The position numbers were made by a program, and so were the translations under genes. The notes beneath the pieces are model-generated. The model ran no database searches. It was not told the origin of the DNA and was given only the letters and a program-made list of their open reading frames with translations. A DNA stretch of 59,913 bases, counting the filler, from Dugesia japonica (taxonomy: Eukaryota), in assembly GCA_001938525.1 (NCBI GenBank). It is 6 parts of 6 records of this genome, joined end to end, with 100 filler letters (N's around TTAATTAATTAA, not from the genome) between each part and the next. Parts side by side here need not be neighbours in the genome. Positions count along the whole stretch, not along the records: positions 8,667 to 19,870 come from MQRL01638626.1; positions 19,971 to 32,361 come from MQRL01570450.1; 4 more parts are not named here. One strand, 5' to 3'. Shown in pieces: positions 11,490-24,955 of the stretch. How positions within the stretch are numbered: position 1 is the stretch's first letter; every line of letters begins with the position of its first letter.

Positions 11490-14160
11490 ACTGAAACAAA
11501 GAAAATACAATACAGATGCAATTCAAGAAAACACTATGAGTCAAACTTGTGAAACTCAAATGCAAGTTAAACAAAGAGATGACAACACGAATGCAATTAG
11601 AACAAAGAGCATGAGTCATATTTGTGCAACATGAAAAGTTTGGAAGTTACTGTAAATTTTCAATATTGATTAAAAAGTTTATGGAAATTTTCAACGATGA
11701 TTAAAAAATATTGCGCAAATTTTAAACTAGTTTTAAAAAGGTTCATGTGAATTTTCAATGATTTTTAAAAAGTTCTAGTAAATTTTAGAATTACTTTCCC
11801 GCTCTTTTACACAGGACATTGTGATTTTAGAAAAGGTCATGTAAATTTTTTAAAAATGTTTTAATCATTATTGAAAATTTACAGTAACTTCCAAACTTTT
11901 CTAAAGCTGCTTAAAATTTACATACACTTTTCTGTAATAATGACACTAATACTGACAATTGACTATATACAATCTACCAATTGTTCACTCAATTAATTGT
12001 ACTCTAGTTGTACTATCAATCAAACCAAATAATTCAGTCGATCAATCATATTTTTTTCCATCTTAATATAATAAAATCCTTTGAAATTATAGGTTCATTC
12101 CAAATAATGTACATTATTCACATATTAATCATACTTATTATAATATTTGCTATCATAAGGTTTAGGTCATAGTACACAACTCTCGCTATCACTAAATTTT
12201 ACCGTACACAATAGTCTCTATCAATAAGTATTAACATATACGATTCTCACTATCATCAAGTATTAACATATATAATACTCACTATCATCATTTACCTATT
12301 GATTATTCAGTTAATGATTTTATTTATTCATCGCTTATTCTTATAGTCAGGTATATACTTCACACTGAATATATACCTTGTAATCAATAATTAATTATTA
12401 ACATATTTATCTCTCAATATAGACAACTCATTAATAAACAGATCCTCTAATTTGTTTTATTAACCAAGAAATCATCAACTTGTATCATAAAAATTTATTC
12501 AATTATCAAAATTCTAACCATTTTTTCATTAACCTATTATTAACATGTCAAATTAAATAAATAATTAAATCCTCAAATAGACATTTTATTCAATCAAAGT
12601 AAAATAATTAATGAAACACGTATGAAGTTTTAAAATTAATCAAAATATACATTTAAAATCATTGAAAAGCGAGACTATCGAAGAGTGAGAAAATTAGTAA
12701 AGAGTGAAAACCTGTTAAGAGCGAGAAAACCATTGATAGTTATAGATCAGTGCACAGTGATCAGAGCTCTGATGACTGAGCACTAGTGTTCAGAACTCTA
12801 ATGACTAAATGTAAGTGAACAATGAGCAGAGCTTAGATGACTGAAGACCAGTACACTGTGAACAGAACATTGATGTCTGAAGACTAGTGAACAGAGCTTT
12901 GATAACTGAAGACTAGTGAATTGTGAGGAAATACCAATGAATAGTAAATTATCACATAAAAGAGTCAAAAGTTTAGTCAAAAAGTAGACCTTATTCAATA
13001 TTAATTTTGACTGATAGGATATACTTTTAACACTAATACTGTTCGGAATCAGCAATTATTTAATATTACTAGAAAACAACCTATATAAAGTATATGTTTT
13101 TTGATTTATTTCATTAAAGATAACGTTTGTTGATTATTAAACTAACATTAATAAATTTTATGTCTGTTTAGTCGCATCAAATTAGTTAAAAAAACATGTG
13201 TAATCATTTTATATGAACACGTTTTATTTTGTCATAATTTTTTTAATAAATAGATCTACTATAGATTTTAATTAATTTTAATTAAAATTAGTAATTAACT
13301 GTATTAGAATCTTAAATATCTCTTGTTTAAATTCATTGTTTTCAATAAATGTAATATTTTCAAATTTCCAAAATTTCCATTCGTATAAATAAGTCAATTC
13401 ATTTAGAAATTGTTCAATAGTGCAAAGGAAATTTTGACAACACTTGTATACCTTTTATCTAGATGAATACAAATCATTAAACCCTATACATTCATTAAAC
13501 CAATACAGTCAATAAACCTACTACATTGAATGCATTTGATACATTTATTAAACCTATGCATTCAATTTATTTTCTTATTTGACTTACATATTGTATTCAA
13601 TGCTTTCATTTATCTTAATCTAATCGATTAAGTTAATCAATGCAGACACTTAATCCATTGGATATGCTTAATTTGTTCCATTAGATATCAATATATAAGC
13701 AATAGTCATTATTTTCATTAAAATAAACACTAAGTTGATTCTTATGTTTAATGAGGGTTAACATAATTTTATAGTTATAATATATTTCATCTTACAACTA
13801 ATGATACAGTTAATCCAATTACATAGTTATTAAGTTATAAAAAATTCTTCAAGGCAAATACAGTAAATTAATTCATTAATCAATGAAAACAGCAAAGTCC
13901 ATATGTGTTATTTTTATCATACAATTATTTTCAATCTTCTTCATAGATAAATAAGTTTAGTAACTTAATGTAATAGAATAAAATAAATGGAACACCGTAA
14001 AACCAATTCATAGAGTAAGCATATTAGTACAATAAGCCAATGTGAAAGAGTAAATCCTAAGTGATGCAGTATACTAATGTCTAACAGTAAAACTGATGAT
14101 CACAGTAAAGCCCATGTGTTACAGTAAAATCAGTGTAAGATAGTAAAGTCAATTAATATC
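11490..14160. repeat. Series of degenerate minisatellites and an inverted repeat inside the Polinton derivative
   Basis: About 70-bp duplication at 11490-11632; about 30-bp AAATTTTCAA...AAAAAGTT units at 11636-11920 with inverted copy AAAAGTTTGGAAGTTACTGTAAATTTTCAAT / ATTGAAAATTTACAGTAACTTCCAAACTTTT; CTATCA units at 12180-12290; GAAGACTAGTGAA units at 12760-12920; CAGTAAA units at 13995-14150. Confidence 0.65.
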
Positions 14161-15879
14161 ACACATAGTACCAGATAGAATCAAATTGTTCAAATAAATT
14201 ATTTGATTTCTTGCTTATTTATCAATTGAATATGCATCAAGACTAAGCATTTATATACCAATTTTATTAATTAATGAATAAATTGTAGTCACATACAGGA
14301 AAATTATCACCAATTATATACTAATTACAACAACCTCTGATTAAATTGTATTCATATATAAACAAATTGTCAACACCTATGTGTAAACTATAGTAAACTA
14401 TATACAGATTGTTGCCAGTCATGTGTAAATTATAACTACCTACGTATCAATTGAGACATTAGTTTGTAGTTTTTCAAGTCAAAATTTTATTTGGATAACC
14501 AGATTTTATAAATTCATATAGATTTACTGAAAACAGTAAATTCATTAAAATATAGACTAAATTTATTAAGATTTGTGGAATTTCCATTAATTTTCTTAAG
14601 TTTCATAAATTTTAGTTATTAAGTAATTTAAAATGAATTAATTGCATTAAAATTCATCGAATCTAATAGGTTTAATAGATTCATAGTGTTTGTTAAAGTT
14701 CAGCAGTTGTATTTACACAGTATACCATTGGTTATAGTATATGAATAAGTAAAAACAAAATTTTATCATATGGACATTGTAGTATTTTATTCCTCGACAA
14801 TCATGATTCAAATCAAGAATAGTTACAAGTTATTATTTTATTTCGATACTTCATAATAGTATAATTGTAACATTTAGTCATTTCAATCAAGATAGTAATC
14901 AATCGAGTCATCCATTCATCAGATTTTCATTTTAATAAATTTTATTTATAAAAAATATATTTGTATTGATATTTTGTTTGTTACTTTGCTTTTTATAATA
15001 AAATTTATATTGTTCAGTCAGTAATCCATAAAAGTACTTGTTTTTCACTTTATTTCATCCGGAATAAATATTGTTGATTTGTAACCATATTTGTCTTACT
15101 CAGCGTCAAATTCTCTATCGAATAGACACTTTGATGTTCAAATTCGAGTTACTCTTTCCAAAGTTCATAATTTCCTCAGGCGATACTCTCAAAGAAAGTA
15201 CTTGTTTTTCTATATATTCTTTTTATTTAGAAGGTTTGACTATTTTTAAGAATGTTTTTCTGACTTAACGTAAAGTTTTCTATAGAATAGAAACCTCATT
15301 GACCAATTTTGGGATACTTTTAATTTTTTCGAAAATTTTACCAAATCTGAGAGGACAATATCTTCGTTAGGAAGTATTTTTCCTGAGACGATATTTTAAC
15401 TTTGTATAGTCTTGTTTTTCTCATGAGCAAAACAATACCAAATTTGAGTCGATAGCTGCCATCGGCACACAGAGATCAGAGCGCTAAAGTCCGAGTTTTG
15501 AGATTTTTTCAGCACAAAACTTCATTTATTTCATCAAGTATTAACTTTGGCGATTTTTAACTGCAACCATCATGATTAGCAAAGAATTCTTGAGAAGAAA
15601 AAAGTTTTTCGAAAAATCTTTATTTTTGAAAAATAATCTTCATAAATTTCTCCATCAATTAATTTGGAGAATCTAAACAAAAATTGTTTCAAAAATTTTT
15701 CAAATTTTGAATGTTCCCCAGAAATCCCATAAAAATTTATTCATTTAAATTATTTAAACAAATTTGTATATTTTCTATGAATTTCCGTAAAAATTTCTAC
15801 CCAAACAAACCAACCAGAGGAAATAATTGCCTAAAATCATACAAAATCAACCTTCTCGAAGAATTTTCATATTAAATCA

Positions 15880-15961
15880 ACCATGTAATAATTTTTTACA
15901 CACAGGGGGGGTGAAGGGTTACTGAATGTGTGAAGAGGCTGACAGCTACTATCCATCTACT
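15880..15961 (-). mobile_element. Orphan Polinton-type terminus
   Basis: Reverse complement reads AGTAGATGGATAGTAGCTGTCAGCCTCTTCACACATTCAGTAACCC, similar to the terminus at 32260. Confidence 0.6.
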
Positions 15962-16556
15962 CATATTCAACGAATATCATAAAGAAGATATTGAGTGTGA
16001 ATATTGTTTTGGAAAGAAGAAAGATTTGAAGAGAAAATTTATTGACTATATCTATCCTGAGTCTAATAAAAGACAATGTTAATAAATTTATGTTAATTAA
16101 TTTAGTTTGTTATTACATAAATGTTAATTAATTTAGTTTGTTATTACATAAATGTTAATTTATATTTTAATTTATTTATTCTTTATTACTGTATTAAATA
16201 CTTTAAATAAAATTTTTAAAAAAAATTGAAACATTAAAACAAACAAAAAATATTAATATTAAGTCTGCGCGGGGAATTCAAATATTAAGTCTGTCCGGGG
16301 AATTTAAATATGAAGTCTGCCTGAGAAATTCTGAACGGATGACCTTGAAACGCTTTGACCAATCACATCACAGGATACTATATCACTTTGACTTTGAAAA
16401 TATTTTAATCAATCAGAATCCAGTATACTGTATCAGTTTGACCTCGAAAATTTGACCTTCAAATTTTCAACCAACCAGAATCAAGTATACTGTATTAGTG
16501 ACCTTGAAAAGGTTTCTTCTCAGGGGGCTGGTACAGTGCGCTACTATCTACCTGCT

Positions 16557-17220
16557 AACATGAAAAATTAAACACCTTATTAATGTTTTATTAAAAATTA
16601 AAAGCGTTGCGCATTGAGCATTATAAAATTCAAGTTAATTTTTTATAGTTTTAATTAACATGAAAAATTTAACACCTTATTAATGTTTTAATGAAAATTA
16701 AAAGCGTTGTGCATTGAGCATTACAATATAAAACACATTACTATATAAAATAATAATTATTATTTTTAATATTATTTAAAATTTTAAGTGTAAACAATGA
16801 TTTTTTTATCTGCGTATAAATTTTCACACATTATTTTTTATTATTATTATTATTAAAATGTTTTTTATCGGTGTGAATTTTCACACTTTTGGCTTGAACT
16901 TTCGCACCTTAATTATTTGTATTAATTTATGAATATTAAAAAACATATAATTGTTGTTTTTTTAATGTACTTTTTTTTCGCACCTTTGTCGCTAACTTTA
17001 ACTTTTAAAACCATAACTTTAAAATAAAAACAATAATTTTTTATTGGCGTGTAAAACTTCACGTAATATTTATTATTTTTTAAGGTGTGAACTTTCACAC
17101 CTTAAACTTTACAATATTTTCGTTCATTTTCATGGAATGATGAGCCTCAAATATTATTGCTTTGTTATTGAATTTTCACACCCTAAACTTTACAAATTTT
17201 TTTGTTTAAATTTCCATGAA
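16557..17220. repeat. Older repeat with about 100-bp tandem units and GGTGTGAA..TTCACAC motifs, split by the Polinton insertion
   Basis: AAATTAAAAGCGT(T/G)GCG(C/T)ATTGAGCAT units at about 10268, 16597 and 16696; GGTGTGAATTTTCA motifs at 10079-10200 and 16870-17180. Confidence 0.65.
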
Positions 17221-17280
<60 letters not shown>

Positions 17281-17281
17281 T
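17221..17281. repeat. (ATT)n microsatellite
   Basis: Seen directly; similar tracts at 20407-20457, 42078-42110 and 53344-53408, and (AT)n at 29761-29790. Confidence 0.95.
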
Positions 17282-17463
17282 GACGATAAATTAATAATTA
17301 ATAATTAACTAGCGTAAATACTTAAAGCACCTTTTGAAAAGAAATATTTTATATATAAATTATTATTAAGAAATTAATTTTAATTAAGTAATAATTATAA
17401 ATTATAAGTATTTATTTTAAATAATCAGAAATGGAATGTTTATGAGGCTCCTCCAGCATTTTT

Positions 17464-18163
17464 TCATTTCTTTTCCATTGTCCAATCGTTTGGATTTCTA
17501 AATTATTGAAATCAGAGATAATTTAGTTGAATATTTCAAACCCAATTGTATCTTGTGAAATATAATAAAACGTTTTCTCGATCTCTACCACATCTTTCCA
17601 TGAATTTCCAATGTTGTATATTTTAGCTAATTTGAAAATTATTTCCTTTTCATAAATCACATTAATTAATCAATTATTTAAAACGATTTACATCAGTTTT
17701 CTGAGGATATTGTCTAAATTTACTCATTCCATCTTTAACTCTGAATTCCTTCGTCTCAATCACAGTTATATTTCCATTATAAATAATATATGTTTGGTAC
17801 GGAGTAATTATTGCTAGAATATATTTATTGATTAACTAGAAATTCAATTTCCCTATAATAGACAACTTGCTTTATTTTTGAATTTTTTTTGTTTTCTATA
17901 ACAGAATATATTATGAACCATAACACAGTTGACATTATTCCAATAAACCGCTCCGTAAATCAAGCTATGTATGCAATTATCGGTGGTTGCATTAATGACT
18001 TTACTAGGAAATTCTCATAGAATTAATTATAGAAATTCTCACATTACTGTAGTAGAACTCTCGATCCATCCCGATAGAAAACTTCACCATTTTGCATTGA
18101 ATCTCCTCCATCCACCCAAAACGATGGAAAGTAAAACATTTTCGATAATGCAACGAGATTTAT
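17464..18163 (-). CDS. C-type lectin domain protein, 3' exons (5' part not found)
   Basis: Exons 18048-18163, 17867-18003, 17692-17813, 17542-17645, 17464-17497 with phase-consistent GT-AG introns. CTLD motifs SFWVDGGDSMQNGEVFYRDGS and DNCIHSLIYGAVYWNNVNCVMVHNIFC. Absent from the ORF track. Confidence 0.7.
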
Positions 18164-18499
18164 CTAATTCTTATTTTTTTCAATATTTAATTAACTAATT
18201 ATATTTTAATAAATATTTTCTATTAAAAAAATTTAAATATNGTATACGCAAAAGAATTAGTTGTATCATCGATTGATTTATTTGTGTTATTGGTTAATTT
18301 TTATTATCGATTTACCTGGTTTTATGACAAACGCCATCATCATTGAACCCGACATTGGCAAAAGTCTACAATTTTGTATTTATCCGACATGTTTATTATT
18401 TTAATCTCGATTTTGTCTTGTTTTATGAGGTTGATTACAGCTAGTGTTAGTTGATTATTTATTGTTTTTCTTATATAAATGTTGTGATGTTGTAAAATG

Positions 18500-19870
18500 A
18501 AAATAAATACTTATTCGTAGAATGTCTTAGGATATAAATAATTCTCCATATAATAAAATCTCATTTAGAATTAAATCAAATAAAAGGCAAATAAAGTAGG
18601 AAAACATTTTAAGAAATAGTAACTAATGTGTATTCAATAGTAAAATATTATATTTAAAAAGTGTTTTTCATAAACCAAGATCAAGAAACGTTTAGCAAAT
18701 ATAAAGAAATAAGTTTTTGCAATAAACAGAAGAAAATAAGTATTCTACTTAATGAAAAATATAACTCTGAAAACAAAATCAAAATCAAAAAAAATTCAAA
18801 TCAAAGCTCTTATACAACTGTTCTTTCTTTCAAAACTCTTACTGAATGGACAAGGAATTAAATTTACTTAACAAAGGTCCAAGCTATATCTGGGCCAATT
18901 CAAAGGTTTCTGACTCATCAAATATTTCAATGAATAAAGCTTTCATTTACAACTTAAAATGTCAATTACAAAGATTAGAAAATACAGCAAATGAAACATC
19001 TAATGATTCCTCAATCAATTATCTTTACACTGATAAAATAAATAAATTGGTAGCTCTTTCTGAACAAAAATGCAATGAATTTTTTTATGAACATTTAAAT
19101 AATTATGAAACAATAGCCTAGAAACAATTAATCTAAATAGCAGTAAAATATAAAGACCCAATAAAATCTCTACTTTCATCAGTTAAATTTCATGAACCAG
19201 TTTCATCATCGATGTATGTGTTCCTAAGGATCACAAAGAAAGAATGAAAGGAAGACCTATTGTAAACGCTACTGAATTATGCCAACTTTTAGCAGATATA
19301 TTAAAATCACTATTAAATTTCATTCCGGCACATTTAAAGAACAGTTATGAGTTGATCGAACAAATTAAAATTTATGAATGGAAAAGTGATGATAAGTTTG
19401 GTTCGTTAGATGTAACAAATCTATATGGATCAATTCCAATTGAAAAACCTGAAAATGTCATTGATATTGTAAGTGACTTCTTTGAAAGATACAAAGAACA
19501 TACAGATATTCCAGAGATCACAAAAAAATGATTTTAAATGTCTTATCAATTTGTGTCTTTTCTCAGATAGCATTTTCATCGGTGAACAACTTTTTAAACA
19601 AAAATGGGTAATAATCTATCTCCAATTCTAACGATAATTTTCATGAACTTCATGGAAAATCGAATAATTCTTAAATCAAACAAGAAAATTCATCTATGGT
19701 TTAGATACTTAGATGATATTTTAGAGAACATTCTAGAATTAGCTAACAGTATTAATGATAACATTAAATTCACTTTAGAAAAATCAATGGACTTTTAGAT
19801 TCGTTTTCTGAACACTTTAATTCAAAAGAAACCTGGTGAAATATTAACTACCCAATTATATATGAAACCA
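18500..19870 (+). mobile_element. Penelope-like retroelement RT, pseudogenised and cut by a contig end
   Basis: LLNKGPSY, KGRPIVN, IPAHLKNSYELI, FGSLDVTNLYGSIP, MGNNLSPILTIIFM, WFRYLDDI, NSINDNIKFTLE, TQLYMKP; multiple frameshifts. Confidence 0.9.
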
Positions 19871-20406
19871 NNNNNNNNNNNNNNNNNNNNNNNNNNNNNN
19901 NNNNNNNNNNNNNNTTAATTAATTAANNNNNNNNNNNNNNNNNNNNNNNNNNNNNNNNNNNNNNNNNNNNTAATAACTAATCAAAGTTTATTAATAATTT
20001 ATTTAATAATAATTATCTATTTATGGAAAAGAAATTATCAATTACTACTAAAAGATTTATTAATTAATTGTCAACGTTCTAAATTTACAACAAAATAATA
20101 AACGTTACAATACGCAAAACAAACAAATACGCCTATATATAATTTCAATCACAGTACCAAATTAAACTTTTAATAAACTGATGATTACTCCTAGACAATG
20201 TGCGACTGATAAGACAATAAATATAGTTCNNNNNNNNNNNNNNNNNNNNNNNNNNNNNNNNNNNNNNNNNNNNNNNNNNNNNNNNNNNNNNNNNNNNNNN
20301 NNNNNNNNNNNNNNNNNNNNNNNNNNNNNNNNNNNNNNNNNNNNNNNNNNNNNNNNNNNNNNNNNNNNNNNNNNNNNNNNNNNNNNNNNNNNNNNNNNNN
20401 NNNNNN

Positions 20407-20457
<51 letters not shown>

Positions 20458-23400
20458 TCTTTGGTAAATCTTCAAAAAACTAATAGTTTGAGACATTATT
20501 TATTTTACTACTAAAACTCTGCTATTTGGAAATAGTTATCTTTAAAAGAACTGATTGGAACTTATTGCCGAATTAACTCACTTTCTATTGGCTAAAAATA
20601 TTAAATAATAATAATTTCTTTATATCCCTCTTCTTAAGAAACTTCTATGTTTTCCACATTTCTTTCTAATCGCAGTCCATTTTCTCCTTGTACCACAAAC
20701 CGTCTTTCCTGAACTCTCTTAATTATTCGATAAGGCCATTCAACTCTGTTTTGACTTTATTTCTTAATTCTATTCTGATGAGTACAAAATCGCTCACTTT
20801 GAATTCTTTATTTGTATTCCCATCTGAAGTGTTTTCTTTAGTTTTATCTGAAACGTCTGATTAATACCATTTTTTCTGCAAATTTTCTTTTCAAAAAAGA
20901 TCTCAGCTGGGCTCTTTCCAGTCGTCTTCTGCTTTGTTGCGTTCATTGTGAATTCTATTTCCGGTAAAAGATCTGCCCATTACGTTGACTTTCTTTCTTG
21001 AAATGTTGCATTAATCAAATCTCTAATTGTCCTGAACTGTCTTTCAATTTGTTCGTTTGAATTATTATGGTAGGGACTCGAAAAGCAAAGTTTAATATCT
21101 AACTTCAGTGAAAACTTTCTCATAACTCTGGATTCAAAAGCTTTTCCACAATCTAGTTTTATTTTTCTTCGACATCCAAATCTCAATATCCACTTTTCAA
21201 AAATAGCTTTTCGTATTGTTTCCTCTTCTTGTCTAGGCAATGGTATAAGAACCAGATATTTACTATACTGGTCGATTATTCTAAGAATGTATTTTTTTTC
21301 GTCCACATGTTTCCCGCATTGGCCTGTGAATATGACTTCAAACAAATTTGTAGCTTCTAATCTCTTTGTCTTCTCTTTAGTTGATGTCATCACTACTTTG
21401 ATCTTCTGACAAATTTCACAACTTCAAACTATCTTCTGTATTTGGCTCCACAAATTCATCGCAATGTATTTGTTTCTCATATATTCGTACACCTTTTCAA
21501 CTCCTGCATGACATAATAATTTATATATTTATTCGATTGTCTTGTGTATTTTTTTCATCCGGAATTTCCATTTTCTTGCTTAAATTTGTTTCCTCAGAAA
21601 TATTTAATTGTTCTTTTTTTTCCTTTTCAATCATGTTCAGTATTCTTGTTTTAATCTTCCCTTTCTTGTGATCTTCACGTGACATTTGAAATTGTACACA
21701 TACCTCGCATCTTGCTCTAGATAACATATCTACATTACTATATTGAATTCCTTTTCTATATTCCAAACTATGTCTAAATTACTCAGATAATTAATCCATG
21801 TCTGGAATTGTGACATAATTGGTTTCTTCCTCGTCATCATGAAGGTTAAAGCTTTATGATCTGTTCTAAGAGTAAATCTTCTACCGTACATGTAATGTTT
21901 GAAATGCATACAGAAATAATAAACAGCCAATAACTCCTTTCGTGTAATGCAATATCTTTTTTCATGACTCGTCATTGAGTGTGATCGAAACGCAACTACT
22001 CTTTCTCTTCCCTTTTTTATCTCTTTGTGACAATACTGATCCAATTGTATCAAAACTGGCATCTGTATCTAATATAAATTCTCAAAGCACAATATTGGTG
22101 CAGTCATTAGAGATTTCTTTAGACCCTCAAAAGTATCGTTTATTTCATCTGTCCATTCTAATTTCTTGTAGCTTGGTCCGGTAAACAACTGCTTTAAGAC
22201 CCTTGATTTTCTTGCGCAGTTTTCTATAAACTTTCTGTAATAAATATATATTCCTAAGAAACGTCGCAGCTTCTTTACACAGTTAGATTTGCCAAATGTT
22301 CTTATTCTTCTATTTTAGACAGGTCAGTTCTAACACCATCTCTGCTAATTATGTGTCCAAGAAATTTGATTTCGCTTTAAAGAAACTTACAATTCTCTGG
22401 ATTAATTCTTAGACCACCCTTCATTATTTCCATCAATACTCTTTCAATTACTTCATAGTGTTGATCTTTATTGTCCGTAAATATCAGTATGTCATCAAGG
22501 TAAACCATGGCTCCATTGATTCNGCCTACCACTTTTGTCATCATCTCTTGAAATGTCCCTAGTGTTGCTGCGATGCCAAATGGGATTCTATTAAAACAAT
22601 ATTACCCATGCTTCATTGAAAACACTGTTTTTTCTTGTGATTCTTCTACGAGCTCTACTCGATAGTAAGCATTTCCCAAATCTATTGAACTGAAATATTT
22701 GGCTTCATCTAACTTGTCCAGCATTTCATCGACATTATGCATAGGAAAGACTTGTCTTTTCATTACTGTTTTTAATTGACTGAAATCCAAACATATTCTT
22801 ATGTCCTTCGTTTTCTTTTTCCAAACACAATTCAATGGGGGTATTCCATTAAGAGTTGCATTTCTGGATAATATTATTCTCGAAAAGGTTTTGTATAGCT
22901 TCTTCAATTTTAGATTCTAAGTTCATTGGTTGCCTGTAAGGTTTTACATTTATTGGTTCACCCTTTGTGATTATTTTGTGTCTTGTTAGATGTGTGCGTC
23001 CTACATTTCAATTATTTGCCATAAAAGCATCTTCTTTACTTCCAATTATTTTCAATAATCGCTGAACCTCTTTAATCTTCTAAATATTTAAGGCTCTTGT
23101 CAATCGCTCTACTTTTTTAATTTGTCTCCTAAATTTCACTTCAATATTGCAAATGTAAATTCCAAATTTTTCATCCATTTTGCTATCGACCTTTTGCATA
23201 AGCTGGTATCCAAAAATCTTCTGTGTATCTATTCCTTCTATCAGATCGGGTCTTACTCTTTCAGCAACTAAGAAAGTAATCTCTTTGCAAACATCATCAA
23301 TTATCACTCCAGTTTTAAATTTTCCAACAATTTCAAGTGTACAACTTGAAATTATTTGTACAACTTGAAATTTATTTGTACAAGTGTACAACTTGCATTA

Positions 23401-24955
23401 TTTGCACAACGCAATCTTTCATCATTGACTTTTAAATGAATTTCTTGTAATTTATTAAAACAACTCAAACTCATAACGTTAATTCTACTGTATCTAAAAG
23501 ACATTTAACTTTATTTCCTTGAATTAATACCGTAACACTTGGTATGCCTTGCAATATATGGTACGAAATATTTATTTTCTGTTCTGCTTCAACTGTTCCA
23601 ATCCATTCTACTTTTCTATCATCCGCAAAATTTTCCCTCTTTAAGAACCTGTATACTTTTTCTGAAACTTCTTTGATTCCTTGAAGATAATCAATTACTT
23701 TATTTAACAATTGATGACTTCAAACAACTCCTCTACTGGTGGAGCTCTGCCTTTTGGGTACTCTCTTTTAGAATCACTTTCATACACTTCATATCCATCA
23801 TTTGTATTGGCATCTTCATCTTCAATCGCATGTACTCTATTATATCGGTTTCTTGATCTTTCCGCAGTCATAAATTTCTCACTTGTTTTTTTCATTTTTA
23901 AATTTGTGTAGCACTCTTCTGCTCTATGTCCATCATAACCGCATCGCTTACACATTACTTCTTGACATAACCTTCTAATATGGCCAACCTTTCCACAGCC
24001 AAAACATTTTGTTGGTTTTTTAGTTGAACAATCTCGACTTATATTTCCTGTCTTATGACAACTCCAGCACTCTACCACCTTTTTTCGTCGGGCAATTTCC
24101 TTTAGTATGACTGATCTTATGACATGACCAACATTCGATATTTTGTTTTTCCTTTCTTTGCTTCACATGTCTATTCACTGTATGATTTTCAGGTTTCTGA
24201 TAATTTCGATTTGTAACTCTCGAGTAACTTCTAACTACATTAACTCGATCTCTGTTTTTCTCTACTCGATCTACTAACGTCATTGTTTCTTCAATTTCTA
24301 CCATATTCTCTCGTTTTCGGACAGTCACTTCTTTATCAACGTTTTTGTTATCTGAACAATATACTAGCATCTTTGTTACCATTTTTTCCTCAGTTAAATC
24401 TTTATTTGTAAATAATCTTTTAACTAAATCTTTTACATTTTTAAAATAAACTTGAATATTTTTATTTCCACTCCTGTAGTTAATAAAATTTTGAAAATCT
24501 TACACAATATCTTTCTCTTTCTCAAATGCTTAAGGTAAACGAGCCTGAAAACCTTCAACCTTTTTCAACGTCTTTGCATATTCTTCCAACAAATCTTCAT
24601 CTAACAAATAATAGACTAATCTCTTCTGTTGTTTCACATGGATGATGTTTATAGCTTCAAAATTCAATTCAAACCACTTGATGAATTTCTCAATATCATC
24701 TCCTCTGCAGAACATTTTCGGCAATAACCTCTCTGTAATAGAATCGATATTTACCGCTGTCAGCATGTTAGGTAAATTTTCAATTGGTAATTCATTTTGC
24801 TAATCAAAACTAATAGTTTTAGACATTATATGTTTTAGTACTACAACTCTGCTATTTGGAAATAATTATCTTTGAAAAAAACAGATTGAAACTTATTGCC
24901 GAATTAACTTACTTTCTATTGGCTAAAAATACTAAATAATAATTATTTCCTTATA
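20458..24955 (-). mobile_element. Full-length, degenerate Ty3/Gypsy LTR retrotransposon (gag-PR-RT-RH-IN)
   Basis: LTRs at 24766-24955 and 20458-20624; ATAAT on both flanks (5-bp TSD, but within TAA-rich sequence); PBS-like TGCTGACAGCGG after the 5' LTR; PPT AAGAAGAGGGA before the 3' LTR; CCHC knuckles, CLLDT protease, IDLGNAYY and YLDD RT, ITRKELLAV/TDHKAL RNase H, rve integrase. Many stops and frameshifts. Confidence 0.95.

Larger units (their letters stand above)
10335..16556. mobile_element. Deleted Polinton/Maverick-type element bounded by TIRs
   Basis: Left end AGTAGGTAGATAGTAGCGCACTGTATCACCCCCCGAGAAGAAA...GGTCACTGATACAGTATACTTGATTCTGGTTGG is matched in inverse at about 16470-16556. 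Flanks ATAATG and AACATG match at 4 of 6 positions (decayed 6-bp TSD). Contains a pPolB relic. Confidence 0.8.

Noticed and set aside
12660-14160. Short periodic repeats that might suggest a CRISPR array
   Set aside because: Degenerate tandem units with no constant repeat and unique spacer pattern, no cas genes, and a eukaryotic context.
17044-17283. Poly-Ile and poly-X ORFs (also 8136-8455, 20181-20496, 53327-53554)
   Set aside because: Translations of (ATT)n microsatellites and N gaps.
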